A stretch of DNA of 64,000 nucleotides from Bacteriovoracia bacterium (GTDB lineage: Bacteria; Bdellovibrionota; UBA1018; JBFWNL01): positions 311,961 through 375,960 of the forward strand of contig JBFWNL010000003.1 in the NCBI GenBank assembly GCA_050251055.1, in the 5' to 3' direction. The notes under the pieces are model-generated. The model had not been told where the DNA came from. It made no database searches and saw only the letters and a list, made by a program, of their open reading frames with translations. A program made the translations under genes and the position numbers. How positions within the stretch are numbered: position 1 is the stretch's first letter; the number at the start of each line of letters is the position of its first letter. Shown here piece by piece: positions 47,566 through 57,049 of the stretch.

Positions 47566-49632
47566 ATGGGAACTTCGACGATTCGGCTCGGCATCGGGCT
47601 TTTGCTTACTCTTTGCGGTTGTAACCTAGAAATTCGTGGCCCTATTGAACCGAGACTCGGAAAAAAATCCGTCCTAAGCGGTGAGGAACTCGGAATCACC
47701 ACGCTGCCGACGACCTCGGGCACGGCGGGCGGGGCCAGCGGCGATCCGTGCCCTACCGGATACTGCCTACCTAGGGATTCGGCCGGCTGGACGCAACTGG
47801 CCCCTACGGCCCGTGTCGTTTACGTCAGCAGCTCCACCGGAAGCGACGAAAATGACGGGCTATCGCCCGCGACCGCCAAACGCACGATCGCCGCGGGTAA
47901 GGCACTCATTCGCGATGGATATCCGGATTGGCTCGTGCTCAAACCCGGCGATGTTTTCACCAATGAAACTTTCGGGACCTGGTGCGCTTCGGGCCCCGCT
48001 CCCGAGCGCCCGGTAGTGATCGCGAGCTACGACGCCGTGACAGGCTCTTACAGCCCCAGTTCGCTACCACCTAAGCTCCTCTTCGGCTCCGCGAGTCCCA
48101 GTACCGGATTTGAAGCGGGAAACTTCTGTCCAAACGGCCAGACGCATATTAAAAATGTGGTGATTTCTGGGATTCACTTCGAGGGAAACGCGGCGTGGGC
48201 CGGCGGTTCGGGTGTGGTGATTTATTCCTCACGTATCGACGGCCCCGGGCACCATCACATCTTGCTTGAAGACGTCACGATCGCGAAGCTGGCGGCTGGC
48301 CTCAGCGTGGTAGGCGCGCCAGGAAACTCCGTGCTTACCGGAGCCGGTCGGGTACGGTACATCACAATGCACCGGTCACGTATCTATGATGTCGGAACCG
48401 CGTACCAGCCCGGCGTGGTTCAGAGTTCAGTCGGGATGTTCTTGGCGAACGCAGATCACGTTTTACTGTCGCAAAGCGTGCTGGATCGAAATGGGTGGGA
48501 GTTCGATCGAAACACGGGTATCGCCCTCTACAACACGCTGAACGGCCACAATCTCTACGCAAATCCTCACGGTAGTACCGACGTAGTGAACCTGGCCAAT
48601 ATTTCTTCACGTGCATCGGCGACGGGATTTCGTGCCTGTCTCGGAAAGTGCTTAAACAACCTCCTCCTAAAAAATCCGGCGGCGATGGATTTCAGTACCG
48701 ACACCACGGAAGTACGCGATAATGTCGTCCTCGACGCCCAAGACATTTACCATCCCGACTATCCGGCAACCTCTAACGCTTGCTTGCCCCTCGGACGCTG
48801 CGGACGCGCGATGGGTCTCACCGGCGAACCTGCCCCTAACGCGGTCATTTCTGGCAACGTCGTAGCGAACAACGAACACGGGACCGGTGCGATTCAACCA
48901 ATCGTGATCAGCGTCACGCACGGTGGAACCACCATCGCGCGCAACACCGTCTACCGGTGGACCAATCCTAATCCCGCCGTGCCCGCCATTTCATTTGGTG
49001 GTGCGAGTGCGTTGACCCTCCAAAACTTTGCTACGGCTCCCGTGTCGGGAGTGCGAGTATATGACAACGTCTTCTACCAACCGGTAGAAGGCAGCGCGAT
49101 TTTTATGGATCCGGCGTCCTTCGTAGGACCAACCCCCGTGATGGCCCAGTTTTACCGAAATCGTTACTTCAACACGAGTTCCCGTCCGTTTTTGGAGACC
49201 ACCTACGGCTGGCTGACAAATGCTGAATGGCGGGCGATATCGAACGACACCTCAGTTTCCGGAGAAGTCACGTTCGTTAACGCCGCTCGCAGCACCATCG
49301 CCACCTACCTGGCCGATCGACTCAATATTTCACAGGCTCCCGACGCCACCCATACCTTCCTAAACTTGGTGCGCCAGCAGCATCGTGGCAATTGGAACAA
49401 CGCACTGACGGCCGAGACCGTGAATGCTTATATTCGCGGAAACCTCGCGGTGCATGAAAGCCCGTGTCAGCGCGCGGATCTCAATGGGGACACTTTAGTA
49501 AACCAAGCTGATCTGAACTTATTCATGATTTTATTTGCGCAGCAAGATCCCCGCGCAGATTTTGACCTAAACGGCAGCTTCACCATCAACGACTATCAAG
49601 CTTTTCTGAACGCCGTCGCGACTTGCCAATAG
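47566..49632 (+). CDS. Lipoprotein with a parallel beta-helix (pectate-lyase-like) and a C-terminal dockerin-like module
   Basis: Lipobox LCGC; VYVSSSTGSDENDGLSP..AKRTI; HNLY; repeated N-V-V/N-T-V turns; CQRADLNGDTLVNQADL...DPRADFDLNGSFTINDYQAFLNAVATCQ. Confidence 0.8.
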   Translation: MGTSTIRLGIGLLLTLCGCNLEIRGPIEPRLGKKSVLSGEELGITTLPTTSGTAGGASGDPCPTGYCLPRDSAGWTQLAPTARVVYVSSSTGSDENDGLSPATAKRTIAAGKALIRDGYPDWLVLKPGDVFTNETFGTWCASGPAPERPVVIASYDAVTGSYSPSSLPPKLLFGSASPSTGFEAGNFCPNGQTHIKNVVISGIHFEGNAAWAGGSGVVIYSSRIDGPGHHHILLEDVTIAKLAAGLSVVGAPGNSVLTGAGRVRYITMHRSRIYDVGTAYQPGVVQSSVGMFLANADHVLLSQSVLDRNGWEFDRNTGIALYNTLNGHNLYANPHGSTDVVNLANISSRASATGFRACLGKCLNNLLLKNPAAMDFSTDTTEVRDNVVLDAQDIYHPDYPATSNACLPLGRCGRAMGLTGEPAPNAVISGNVVANNEHGTGAIQPIVISVTHGGTTIARNTVYRWTNPNPAVPAISFGGASALTLQNFATAPVSGVRVYDNVFYQPVEGSAIFMDPASFVGPTPVMAQFYRNRYFNTSSRPFLETTYGWLTNAEWRAISNDTSVSGEVTFVNAARSTIATYLADRLNISQAPDATHTFLNLVRQQHRGNWNNALTAETVNAYIRGNLAVHESPCQRADLNGDTLVNQADLNLFMILFAQQDPRADFDLNGSFTINDYQAFLNAVATCQ

Positions 49633-49674
49633 GCCCATCCGGTGATTAGACTGGATTCTCCCGAGGAGGATCTG

Positions 49675-50715
49675 TTGAAGCCGGGTATTTTCATTCTCTG
49701 CATTTTTGCTTTTTTGTCGATCGCGTTGGGGGCTGCTCCCCCAATCCCCATGTCTCCGGTCATGGCGCCTGATCAACTCTTAACGGAAACAAACTCGAAC
49801 CTGCGGGTGCAAATCGTGCGCGAGGATCACGGAAAAACGCGCGGGGTGATTGGACTTCCCATCCGTGTCTACACTAACGATCCCAAGAAACCCGCGAAGA
49901 TCGTGAGCACCGATGCCGAAGGCCACGCCGACTTCGGCGCCTGCTCGGCATGGTCCGGTGAGATTCGGGTCAGCGCGCTGATGGAAAACACAAAGTTCAG
50001 CGTGGGGACCGGTTTCCAATCCTACCAAATCGATGCGAAAGCTCGCTGCGGGAGAATCACCTTTCAGCAGGGAGAAACGACTGACGTCGGACAGGCCCTG
50101 GCGATTTGGGAGATCGCCCAAAGGGCGATGACGAAACTCGAAGCCACGGTCGGTCTTGATTTCTGGAAACGCCCGATCGGCTTCGCGTGGCCCCAGGATT
50201 TCGATTTTTATGACGGCTACCAGGTGCATCTCCGCTATGGCCATCATTGGGACGTCGCCACTCACGAAATGGCGCACGCCATCTATGACCAGGCCGCGAT
50301 CGGCGAAATGCCGAATTACAAGCATTACATCGACCGCTGCCACGACGAGACGATCGCCATGGCCGAAGGCTGGGCTCACTTCTTCGCAGCGTGGGTAAAC
50401 CTGGATGTTTCGGCCGCCGATCCCGTACTGGAGCACTACTCCCCTCGCCGGGGTCCGATCCACTTCGAGACCGTCCCACGTGATGTATGCAAGGGACCGT
50501 CGAACGAGTGGCGCGTGTTAGCTTATCTTTGGGATATTCACGATGCGAACGCGGACGGTGAAACCCTGAACGAAAGCTTCGCCCGAACCTTCAAATCGAT
50601 TCAGGGTAAGGATTTGCAATCGATCCGCGACGCCATCCGTTGGTTCAAGGAAGCAGAGATCGACGAGAAGGCGCTAGACGCTTTGTGGGTCAGTGTTTTT
50701 CAAACGCAGCAGTAA
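49675..50715 (+). CDS. Secreted zinc metallopeptidase (gluzincin-like)
   Basis: GAGGAGG RBS before TTG 49675; signal peptide; THEMAH and AEGWA. Confidence 0.78.
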   Translation: MKPGIFILCIFAFLSIALGAAPPIPMSPVMAPDQLLTETNSNLRVQIVREDHGKTRGVIGLPIRVYTNDPKKPAKIVSTDAEGHADFGACSAWSGEIRVSALMENTKFSVGTGFQSYQIDAKARCGRITFQQGETTDVGQALAIWEIAQRAMTKLEATVGLDFWKRPIGFAWPQDFDFYDGYQVHLRYGHHWDVATHEMAHAIYDQAAIGEMPNYKHYIDRCHDETIAMAEGWAHFFAAWVNLDVSAADPVLEHYSPRRGPIHFETVPRDVCKGPSNEWRVLAYLWDIHDANADGETLNESFARTFKSIQGKDLQSIRDAIRWFKEAEIDEKALDALWVSVFQTQQ

Positions 50716-52077
50716 GCGCCAGATCAAATATAGATACAAAGCGGTCATGATGCCGATCGCCGGATGGCGAAAGATAAAGCCATAATCGGCGGTAAGGATC
50801 CAGAAGTCCGGGCTCCAGAGGCGATGTCCCCAACAGTTCCAAAACGCGCGCTCGTCCACATAGGGGTGCTGGCCGTGCTGACAGACGGTGTCGAGTTCGA
50901 ATTGCCGGTGATTGAGCCATTGATTGAAGATCACCAGAAACTGCGGTAACGAAACGAGCACCAAGGCGCCCGTCGCCGACCAAAAGGCCATGGTTCGGCG
51001 AGCGAGTGCCGCCAGGCCCGCTTCCACTTCGGCCTCAAATGCGTAAAGCAGCAAAAATATCGTCACCGGAATCCAAGGTAAGTAGAGCCGATGTCCCCAG
51101 GCCATCCATCCCCACGGAGACCACCAGAGCGAGAAGCCGAGGGTCAGCCCAACGTGCGCGAGCAAGATCAACGCCGAGAACCCACGCCGCCAGGGCGGAG
51201 AACGCCTTCCCAGCCCCACCCCCAGCAAACCCACGAAAGTCACGAAGAAGACCGGCCAGAACCAAAAATGCCCGCCGCTCGGCGAAAACCACGAGCCCGT
51301 CATCGTACTGAAGATCGCGTCCACGGGCGGCATCTTCAGGTTCAGATAGACAGTATTGCGGTACGTGCCGTAGCGAAAAAAATTAAAGAGCAGATTGGCG
51401 ACCACGCCCAAGCCCAAGCCGGCTCCCGCCGCGATCAATCGCACGTGATCCCTCGCCCACCCCGCCCGCAACGCCGCGACGGATTCGGGACGCCATCGCG
51501 CGAGCGCCGCCGCCGCCGTCAGCAAGATCAAAAAGGGCGCCGAGGTTTCCTTCGTCGTGGCGGCAAGGAACATCAGGGCGAAAACCCAACCCGTCTTCGC
51601 CCCCTGAACCAGCATCACCCCCAGAAGCAGCAACACCCAGGCCGCCGTCATCTCGCTGAAATTATAAAATGCATACGAAAGGAGCGTCCCGGTCGCCATG
51701 CTCAACGCGGCCCAAGCCGCGACCCGTGGCGATCGCCCCCGGAAAAACCGCCAGAGCCGGATCAGCGTCGCGAAAAACGCGAAGTAGCTCAAATAACCCA
51801 AAGCGTGCTCGATCATCCGATCGGTAAACCCGAGCAGTTTCAAAGGAAAAGCGGGAAAATAAAATAACAAAGAGAACTGGCTCGCCTCACCACAGTGGCC
51901 CCACTTACCCGCTTGCCAGCACGGTAGGATATGACCGGCGCCGGCAATCAGGGATGACGTATCCCCCACCAGGTGCGGGTGCACAACCTCACCGGTGAGG
52001 CGGAGGAGAAAAGCCACGAGTATAATCCGCTCAACGAGCGCGGGAATAGAACCCAAGGACGAACTGTTTTTCACCAC
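50674..52077 (-). CDS. Polytopic membrane protein, GT-C glycosyltransferase-like
   Basis: About 10-11 hydrophobic segments; early GDT acidic loop; FSE, TKE, WG.R..LP motifs. Confidence 0.6.
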   Translation of the reverse strand: MVKNSSSLGSIPALVERIILVAFLLRLTGEVVHPHLVGDTSSLIAGAGHILPCWQAGKWGHCGEASQFSLLFYFPAFPLKLLGFTDRMIEHALGYLSYFAFFATLIRLWRFFRGRSPRVAAWAALSMATGTLLSYAFYNFSEMTAAWVLLLLGVMLVQGAKTGWVFALMFLAATTKETSAPFLILLTAAAALARWRPESVAALRAGWARDHVRLIAAGAGLGLGVVANLLFNFFRYGTYRNTVYLNLKMPPVDAIFSTMTGSWFSPSGGHFWFWPVFFVTFVGLLGVGLGRRSPPWRRGFSALILLAHVGLTLGFSLWWSPWGWMAWGHRLYLPWIPVTIFLLLYAFEAEVEAGLAALARRTMAFWSATGALVLVSLPQFLVIFNQWLNHRQFELDTVCQHGQHPYVDERAFWNCWGHRLWSPDFWILTADYGFIFRHPAIGIMTALYLYLIWRLLLRLKNTDPQSV

Positions 52078-55000
52078 CCAATGCCTCGTTCAAACCCCAG
52101 TGGAAACCCGCGCCGAGTGTCCAGGGAAAATGGTACAAGAATTTCAGATCCGCCAGAAAATTTATCCCGACCCCGTAGGGCCAACGCGCGAAAGCCAGAT
52201 TCTGCCCCGCCACGTACTCGGCCGAGCCCACATCCAGGAAGAGCTTGAGCTTCAAACGCTCGCGATAGATGGGAAAAGTCCCATGCCCCGCGAAAATGTC
52301 CTCAAGGGGAAACCAGTATTCCAAATTCGCCGTCAAAATAGAGCGCCCGAAGACTTCGCCGGAAGGATAGCCACGCAGCAGGTAACTCGACGTCTTGGAG
52401 ATCGAGCCTTCGCCCCCACCGACGAAGAAATAGGAAGAAAGCGCGTCGTTATAAGCTTTGCCCGCGTTCACCTGCAAGCGCCAGAAGTGCTGCTTCCAAA
52501 ATGAACGCACGCGCTGGTCCGCGCTTAGCTCGAGCGACGAGAAATTCTCGGCCCCGACTAGGTAACCGCTCGCCCGCAGATCGATCCGGTGCCCGGCTTC
52601 GCCGCCCTCCTTTTCGATGGAGTGGGGACGAATCAGGACGTCCGAGTGGCTCAGGGTCGCCTGCAAACCGCCGGTAGTGGCGGAACCTACGATGCTGGAC
52701 GACGAAAAGCGAAACGTGTTCAACGCCGCCCCGAACGAAACCGCCCAATTCCCTACCGGATAAAAGAAAGTAATGGAGGAAACATTAACCCGGTTGCTGG
52801 CCTGGAAAATCCCGACGTAACGGTTCTCCTGCGTGAAGTCGACGAGGATGGAAGGATAAAGCCCGTCGTACCGGTAACCCAAATGAAAAACGGGGAAGGT
52901 CGCGCGCGAATCCCAGCCCAGCGATAGCGCATATCCGTGCAGATCGAGCGCATCTCCGCCCTCGGTTTGCGCGCCCAAGGTCCATCCGTCGGAAACCTTA
53001 GCGCCGTACGGGAGCCAGTACTGGGGCAGGATGGTGGGCCACACGGAATACTTCTCCGGCGTGGCTTTCGCGTGCTCTTCGTGCTCGCTCGGCGCGTCCA
53101 CCCAGAAGCTCTGCGCGTCCGGAGCGTCGAGCCGATGCGCCTCGGCCGCAATGTGGAGCTTCGTATGGAGGCTCGCGAGCGAAACCGGCTCTTCGGTCTG
53201 GATCCGGGGACGAAACCGGGCCAACCGGAAGCCCGAGCTGTCATATAATGTAGCGAGAACCTCGCCCCCATCCCCCGCCGATGGGGAGTCCGGCCATTCG
53301 ACCGGAAAAAATGCGCCCGTTTCGACGTGCGAGAGCCGTTCGGCCTTCGCAAAGACCACGGCTCCCGACTTGACCGTGGACTCTTCCGTCAGGACACGCT
53401 TCACCTCCGGGGCCGGAATCCGAAAGATATTGAAAATACCGCCGAGCGAACTCGCGTAGAGGATGGCGCCGTCGTGGGTCCAACTGGGGTTTACTTCGTT
53501 TACCCGCATGGCTTTCTTCGCGTGACGGGTGAGCGGCTTCACTTCACCGGTACTCGCGTTAACCGCGCTCAGGCGCTCATTACCGCCGTTGAGCTTTTCG
53601 GAATAGACGATCCAATTGGCGAACTCGCCCCGCCCCCAGGCGGGGGTACCGAAGCGCTCGAAGCGCTCGCCGCGCACCAGCGAGCGCTCGGCTTTGCCGT
53701 CCCAAGCGATGATGGCCTGGTTGCCGTCGTCGAGATTCTTCACGTATACCAAGGCTCCCGCCTTGATCCGCCGGGAGTCTTCGGGATCGAGCGCGAAATC
53801 GGGCGACGCGTCCGGATCGCTGGCGCGCGCGCCCCAGGTGAGCCGGCGCTCGCGTCCGCGCTTCACGTCCCAGTAATAGAGATCAGAATAGGTCTTAAAC
53901 CCTTCGAAGAGATCGTACCGCGAATAAACCAGCACCGCCTTTTCGCCTTCGCCCACGCACCGCAACTGTATGCCGCCGCCCACGTCCCATTCGCTGAGAT
54001 TCTCGATGCTGCCGTCGCGCGGGCGCCAACGCGAAATGCCAGTGCCGGATTCGTAAGCATCCCGGATATAATAGACGTCGCCCGTGCCTACGCACGGGGC
54101 GGGCGAGCGCAACATCCGCCCTTCGTGCTCACCATCCCGCTCGCGCGGCGGCGCGGCGGCGGGGGGCTTCTGATTTTCCCGCAACCCCGCGCCCGAAAGC
54201 ACTTGGGGCTCGGGGCGCTCGATCGGCTGGGCCGCGAGCTGCATCGGCGTCACCGTCTGCTGCCGAATGTGCCTCAGATCCAATTCGGCGCTCTTCTGCA
54301 TCTGGACGACGGCGTCTTTCCAAAGCTGGTAGTAATCTACGCCCATCACGTCTTGCGCGGCCGTGTTCAGAAAAAAAGGGAGCCTTCCGCCCATAGCGTA
54401 GGAAAGCTTGCCCGGCATTTCCAACCCGCTCCGCTGCGAGATGACTTCGTACATGACGTAGCCATATAGGTACGGCGCTATGCCTCCCGGCCAACCTGGA
54501 GGGCCGTCGTTGAGGCGATCCAGGGTCACCCCGTTCAAGAAACTCGCGGTACTCTCCCGATCACTCGGATCCAATAGGCCGTCGCGCACCGCGGTTCGAA
54601 CGGCCATATCGAAGAATGCCGAACGACCTCGCCCGTACCAGCCATGAACCGTCTCTTTAAAAACAGCCAAGCCTTCGATCAACCACAGTGGCTGTCGAAA
54701 ATTCATTTTTGCCGCGCTTCCAAAGATCGAGCGAAGCGTAGCAAAACCACCATGCGTCGTGTCATTCGCGATGATATGCGTCAATTCATGGTAGGCGAGC
54801 GTACGAATCCAATTGTCATATTCTCCGATTGAACTAATCGGAGAAAAGGGAGTCGCGTAGATCACCAATCGGTTGAAGGGAAAGACACTCGCCAGCCCGT
54901 TCGGAATATCGGAATCGCCCGAAACGACGACGTCCACTCGCTCGCGCAACTTCCAGTTCAGCTCGGGACTGAGCGCTTCGTAAGCCTCTTCCAAATAGTC

Positions 55001-55156
55001 GATCAGGTAGGTGGTGAAGCGCGCGTAGGGCTTTGCATAATGGACGCGAAAGTGGGCGGTCGTAACGGTCTCCCAATTCGTTTCCGGTGAGAATTTTGCG
55101 TGTGCGGTCGAGACTATCTTCAGGAAAAAAACACTGAAGATTAGAAAGGTTATCAT
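52031..55156 (-). CDS. Outer-membrane protein: metallopeptidase (HExxH) + beta-propeller + Omp85-like barrel
   Basis: Signal peptide from ATG 55156; WETVTTAHFRVHY, YHELTH, LIEGLA; PD40-like blades (RLTWGARASDPDASPD, NPSWTHDG); LRGY and LEYWFPL barrel motifs. Confidence 0.82.
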   Translation of the reverse strand: MITFLIFSVFFLKIVSTAHAKFSPETNWETVTTAHFRVHYAKPYARFTTYLIDYLEEAYEALSPELNWKLRERVDVVVSGDSDIPNGLASVFPFNRLVIYATPFSPISSIGEYDNWIRTLAYHELTHIIANDTTHGGFATLRSIFGSAAKMNFRQPLWLIEGLAVFKETVHGWYGRGRSAFFDMAVRTAVRDGLLDPSDRESTASFLNGVTLDRLNDGPPGWPGGIAPYLYGYVMYEVISQRSGLEMPGKLSYAMGGRLPFFLNTAAQDVMGVDYYQLWKDAVVQMQKSAELDLRHIRQQTVTPMQLAAQPIERPEPQVLSGAGLRENQKPPAAAPPRERDGEHEGRMLRSPAPCVGTGDVYYIRDAYESGTGISRWRPRDGSIENLSEWDVGGGIQLRCVGEGEKAVLVYSRYDLFEGFKTYSDLYYWDVKRGRERRLTWGARASDPDASPDFALDPEDSRRIKAGALVYVKNLDDGNQAIIAWDGKAERSLVRGERFERFGTPAWGRGEFANWIVYSEKLNGGNERLSAVNASTGEVKPLTRHAKKAMRVNEVNPSWTHDGAILYASSLGGIFNIFRIPAPEVKRVLTEESTVKSGAVVFAKAERLSHVETGAFFPVEWPDSPSAGDGGEVLATLYDSSGFRLARFRPRIQTEEPVSLASLHTKLHIAAEAHRLDAPDAQSFWVDAPSEHEEHAKATPEKYSVWPTILPQYWLPYGAKVSDGWTLGAQTEGGDALDLHGYALSLGWDSRATFPVFHLGYRYDGLYPSILVDFTQENRYVGIFQASNRVNVSSITFFYPVGNWAVSFGAALNTFRFSSSSIVGSATTGGLQATLSHSDVLIRPHSIEKEGGEAGHRIDLRASGYLVGAENFSSLELSADQRVRSFWKQHFWRLQVNAGKAYNDALSSYFFVGGGEGSISKTSSYLLRGYPSGEVFGRSILTANLEYWFPLEDIFAGHGTFPIYRERLKLKLFLDVGSAEYVAGQNLAFARWPYGVGINFLADLKFLYHFPWTLGAGFHWGLNEALGGEKQFVLGFYSRAR

Positions 55157-55222
55157 TGATTTTTGAAGACAGTGGACTATGTTGGAGGAAACCGTCGTCA
55201 ATCCCACGTGAGAGGAGTTGTC

Positions 55223-55738
55223 ATGAGAGCCGTTTCTGCGCCAGTGAAAAATAAACTATTCGCGTTGATCAGTGTCAGCCTCGTTCTGTTTGCTGCGTCT
55301 TGCGGCAAGAAAGACGTGAAGGAAGACGAAGATACCTCCCCGGACATCAATTCCGTGAACGCCGACATCAATACCAACGGCGATTCCGATCAGGGCAAGG
55401 CTGGCGGTCTCCGCACTGTGCACTTTCCCTATGATTCCTTCGTGCTCAACGCCGAAGGCAAGCAAACCCTGGCGGAAAATGCCAAGATCCTGAAGGAAAA
55501 GAAGAACCTCGCCATCCAGGTCGAAGGCCACTGCGACGAACGCGGCGGCATTCAGTACAACATCGCCTTGGGCGAGAAACGCGCCAACGCCGTGAAGAAA
55601 TACCTGCACGATCTAGGCGTCAGTGACGCTCGCATCACGACCATCAGCTTCGGCAAGGAACGGCCGCTCGATCAAGGCCACACCGAAGCGGCTTGGGCGG
55701 CGAATCGCCGGGCTAACTTCGTCATCACTTCGAAATAG
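55223..55738 (+). CDS. pal: Peptidoglycan-associated lipoprotein Pal
   Basis: Lipobox AASC; VHFPYD, EGHCDERG...YNIALGEKRA, ISFGKERP, NRRANF. Confidence 0.95.
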   Translation: MRAVSAPVKNKLFALISVSLVLFAASCGKKDVKEDEDTSPDINSVNADINTNGDSDQGKAGGLRTVHFPYDSFVLNAEGKQTLAENAKILKEKKNLAIQVEGHCDERGGIQYNIALGEKRANAVKKYLHDLGVSDARITTISFGKERPLDQGHTEAAWAANRRANFVITSK

Positions 55739-56208
55739 TGATCCGTCCGATCGCCCTTCTGCTGCTGTTCGGCTCGAGCTGCGCCATCACGGCGACGCGT
55801 CCGCTGCAGGAAATGTCGGATACCGCCGCTGCATTAAAGGCCGCCAAGGAAGTGAACGCGGATCGCTACGCGCCCGAGCTGTATCGCCAGGCGCGGGAAC
55901 TTTGGTTCAAGGCCCGGCAAGAATACAAGTTCAAGGACTATAAGGAAGCACGCGAGTCCGTTCGCAAGGCGCGCCAATACGCCGAGCGCGCCGAATTCGA
56001 GGCGCTGGCAAGCGGCGCGAAACGCGAAGCCCTTCCCGAAGACCCCATGGCCAGGCAGGGCGGCGCCTCGCCCGCGGACGAGAATTTCGAGGCTCCCCGT
56101 AACGAAAAGTTCTACGAAACTGCCGAGGAAGAAGCACGGGTAAAGCAGAACCAAGCCCCCGCGGCTTCTCCCACCACCACTCCAGGTTTTCCGCCTATTT
56201 CGCGTTAG
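55738..56208 (+). CDS. DUF4398-type lipoprotein
   Basis: Lipobox GSSC; P.QEMSD...AAK...A..YAP helical pattern; 1-nt overlap with pal. Confidence 0.72.
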   Translation: MIRPIALLLLFGSSCAITATRPLQEMSDTAAALKAAKEVNADRYAPELYRQARELWFKARQEYKFKDYKEARESVRKARQYAERAEFEALASGAKREALPEDPMARQGGASPADENFEAPRNEKFYETAEEEARVKQNQAPAASPTTTPGFPPISR

Positions 56209-56232
56209 TTAAAAATATGCGATGATGTGGGC

Positions 56233-57018
56233 ATGAAAAAACGTGCCTTGGTCTTCAGCGGTGTGATCCTGTTCATAAGCGGCGTCGGTTGCCTGAAAAC
56301 ACGGGCGGACCTGCGCGGCGACAACGATCAGAACACGCGCAGCGGGCAGACGGAACCAGGCGAGATCCGCGGCAATAGCTACGCGATCGATGAGATCAAA
56401 AGCGAGATCAACCGCCTAAACGGCCGCATCGAGGACATCGAGCGCGCCCGTCAAGCCGACAAGGCGAGTTCGGGCAAGGACGCCAACGAAGCGCGCATCA
56501 AACAACTGGAAGATCGTATCGCCGAGATGGAAATCGCGCTCACCGCGACCCAGGAAGCCCTGAAGAAGGCCCAGACCGCGCCCCCCAAGGACCCTGGCGA
56601 ACTCTTCGACACCGGCAAGAAACAACACATCGCCGGAAAGCTAGATGAGGCCGTAAAGAGCTTTTCCGCCTACCTGGCGGCGGCCCCCTCCGGCGGACAT
56701 GTCGAAGACGCCTACTTCCTGCGGGGAGAATCCCACTTTTCACTGCGCAACTACAAGAAGGCGATCGCCGACTACTCGCAGTTCCCGGAAAAGTACAACC
56801 GCTCGCGCCACATGCCGCAAGCTCTCTACAAGATCGGGCTCAGCATGGAAAACCTGAACATGGCCACCGAAGCCAAGGCGTTTTACCAAGAACTCGTGGA
56901 AAAATATCCAAAATCCAACGAAGCCAAGCTGATCAAGGCGAAGCTCAACAGCGGCAAGGCCCCGACCAAGACCGCGAAGAGCGGCGGCAAGAAAAAGTCG
57001 GCAGGCGACGGGGAATAG
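56233..57018 (+). CDS. cpoB: Tol-Pal-associated coiled-coil/TPR protein CpoB (YbgF)
   Basis: Lipobox GVGC, coiled coil, TPRs AYFLRGES, ALYKIGLS, LVEKYPKS; downstream of pal. Confidence 0.85.
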   Translation: MKKRALVFSGVILFISGVGCLKTRADLRGDNDQNTRSGQTEPGEIRGNSYAIDEIKSEINRLNGRIEDIERARQADKASSGKDANEARIKQLEDRIAEMEIALTATQEALKKAQTAPPKDPGELFDTGKKQHIAGKLDEAVKSFSAYLAAAPSGGHVEDAYFLRGESHFSLRNYKKAIADYSQFPEKYNRSRHMPQALYKIGLSMENLNMATEAKAFYQELVEKYPKSNEAKLIKAKLNSGKAPTKTAKSGGKKKSAGDGE

Positions 57019-57049
57019 GTCCGTCCGTTTGCCGGCGAGGGAGTAAAGT

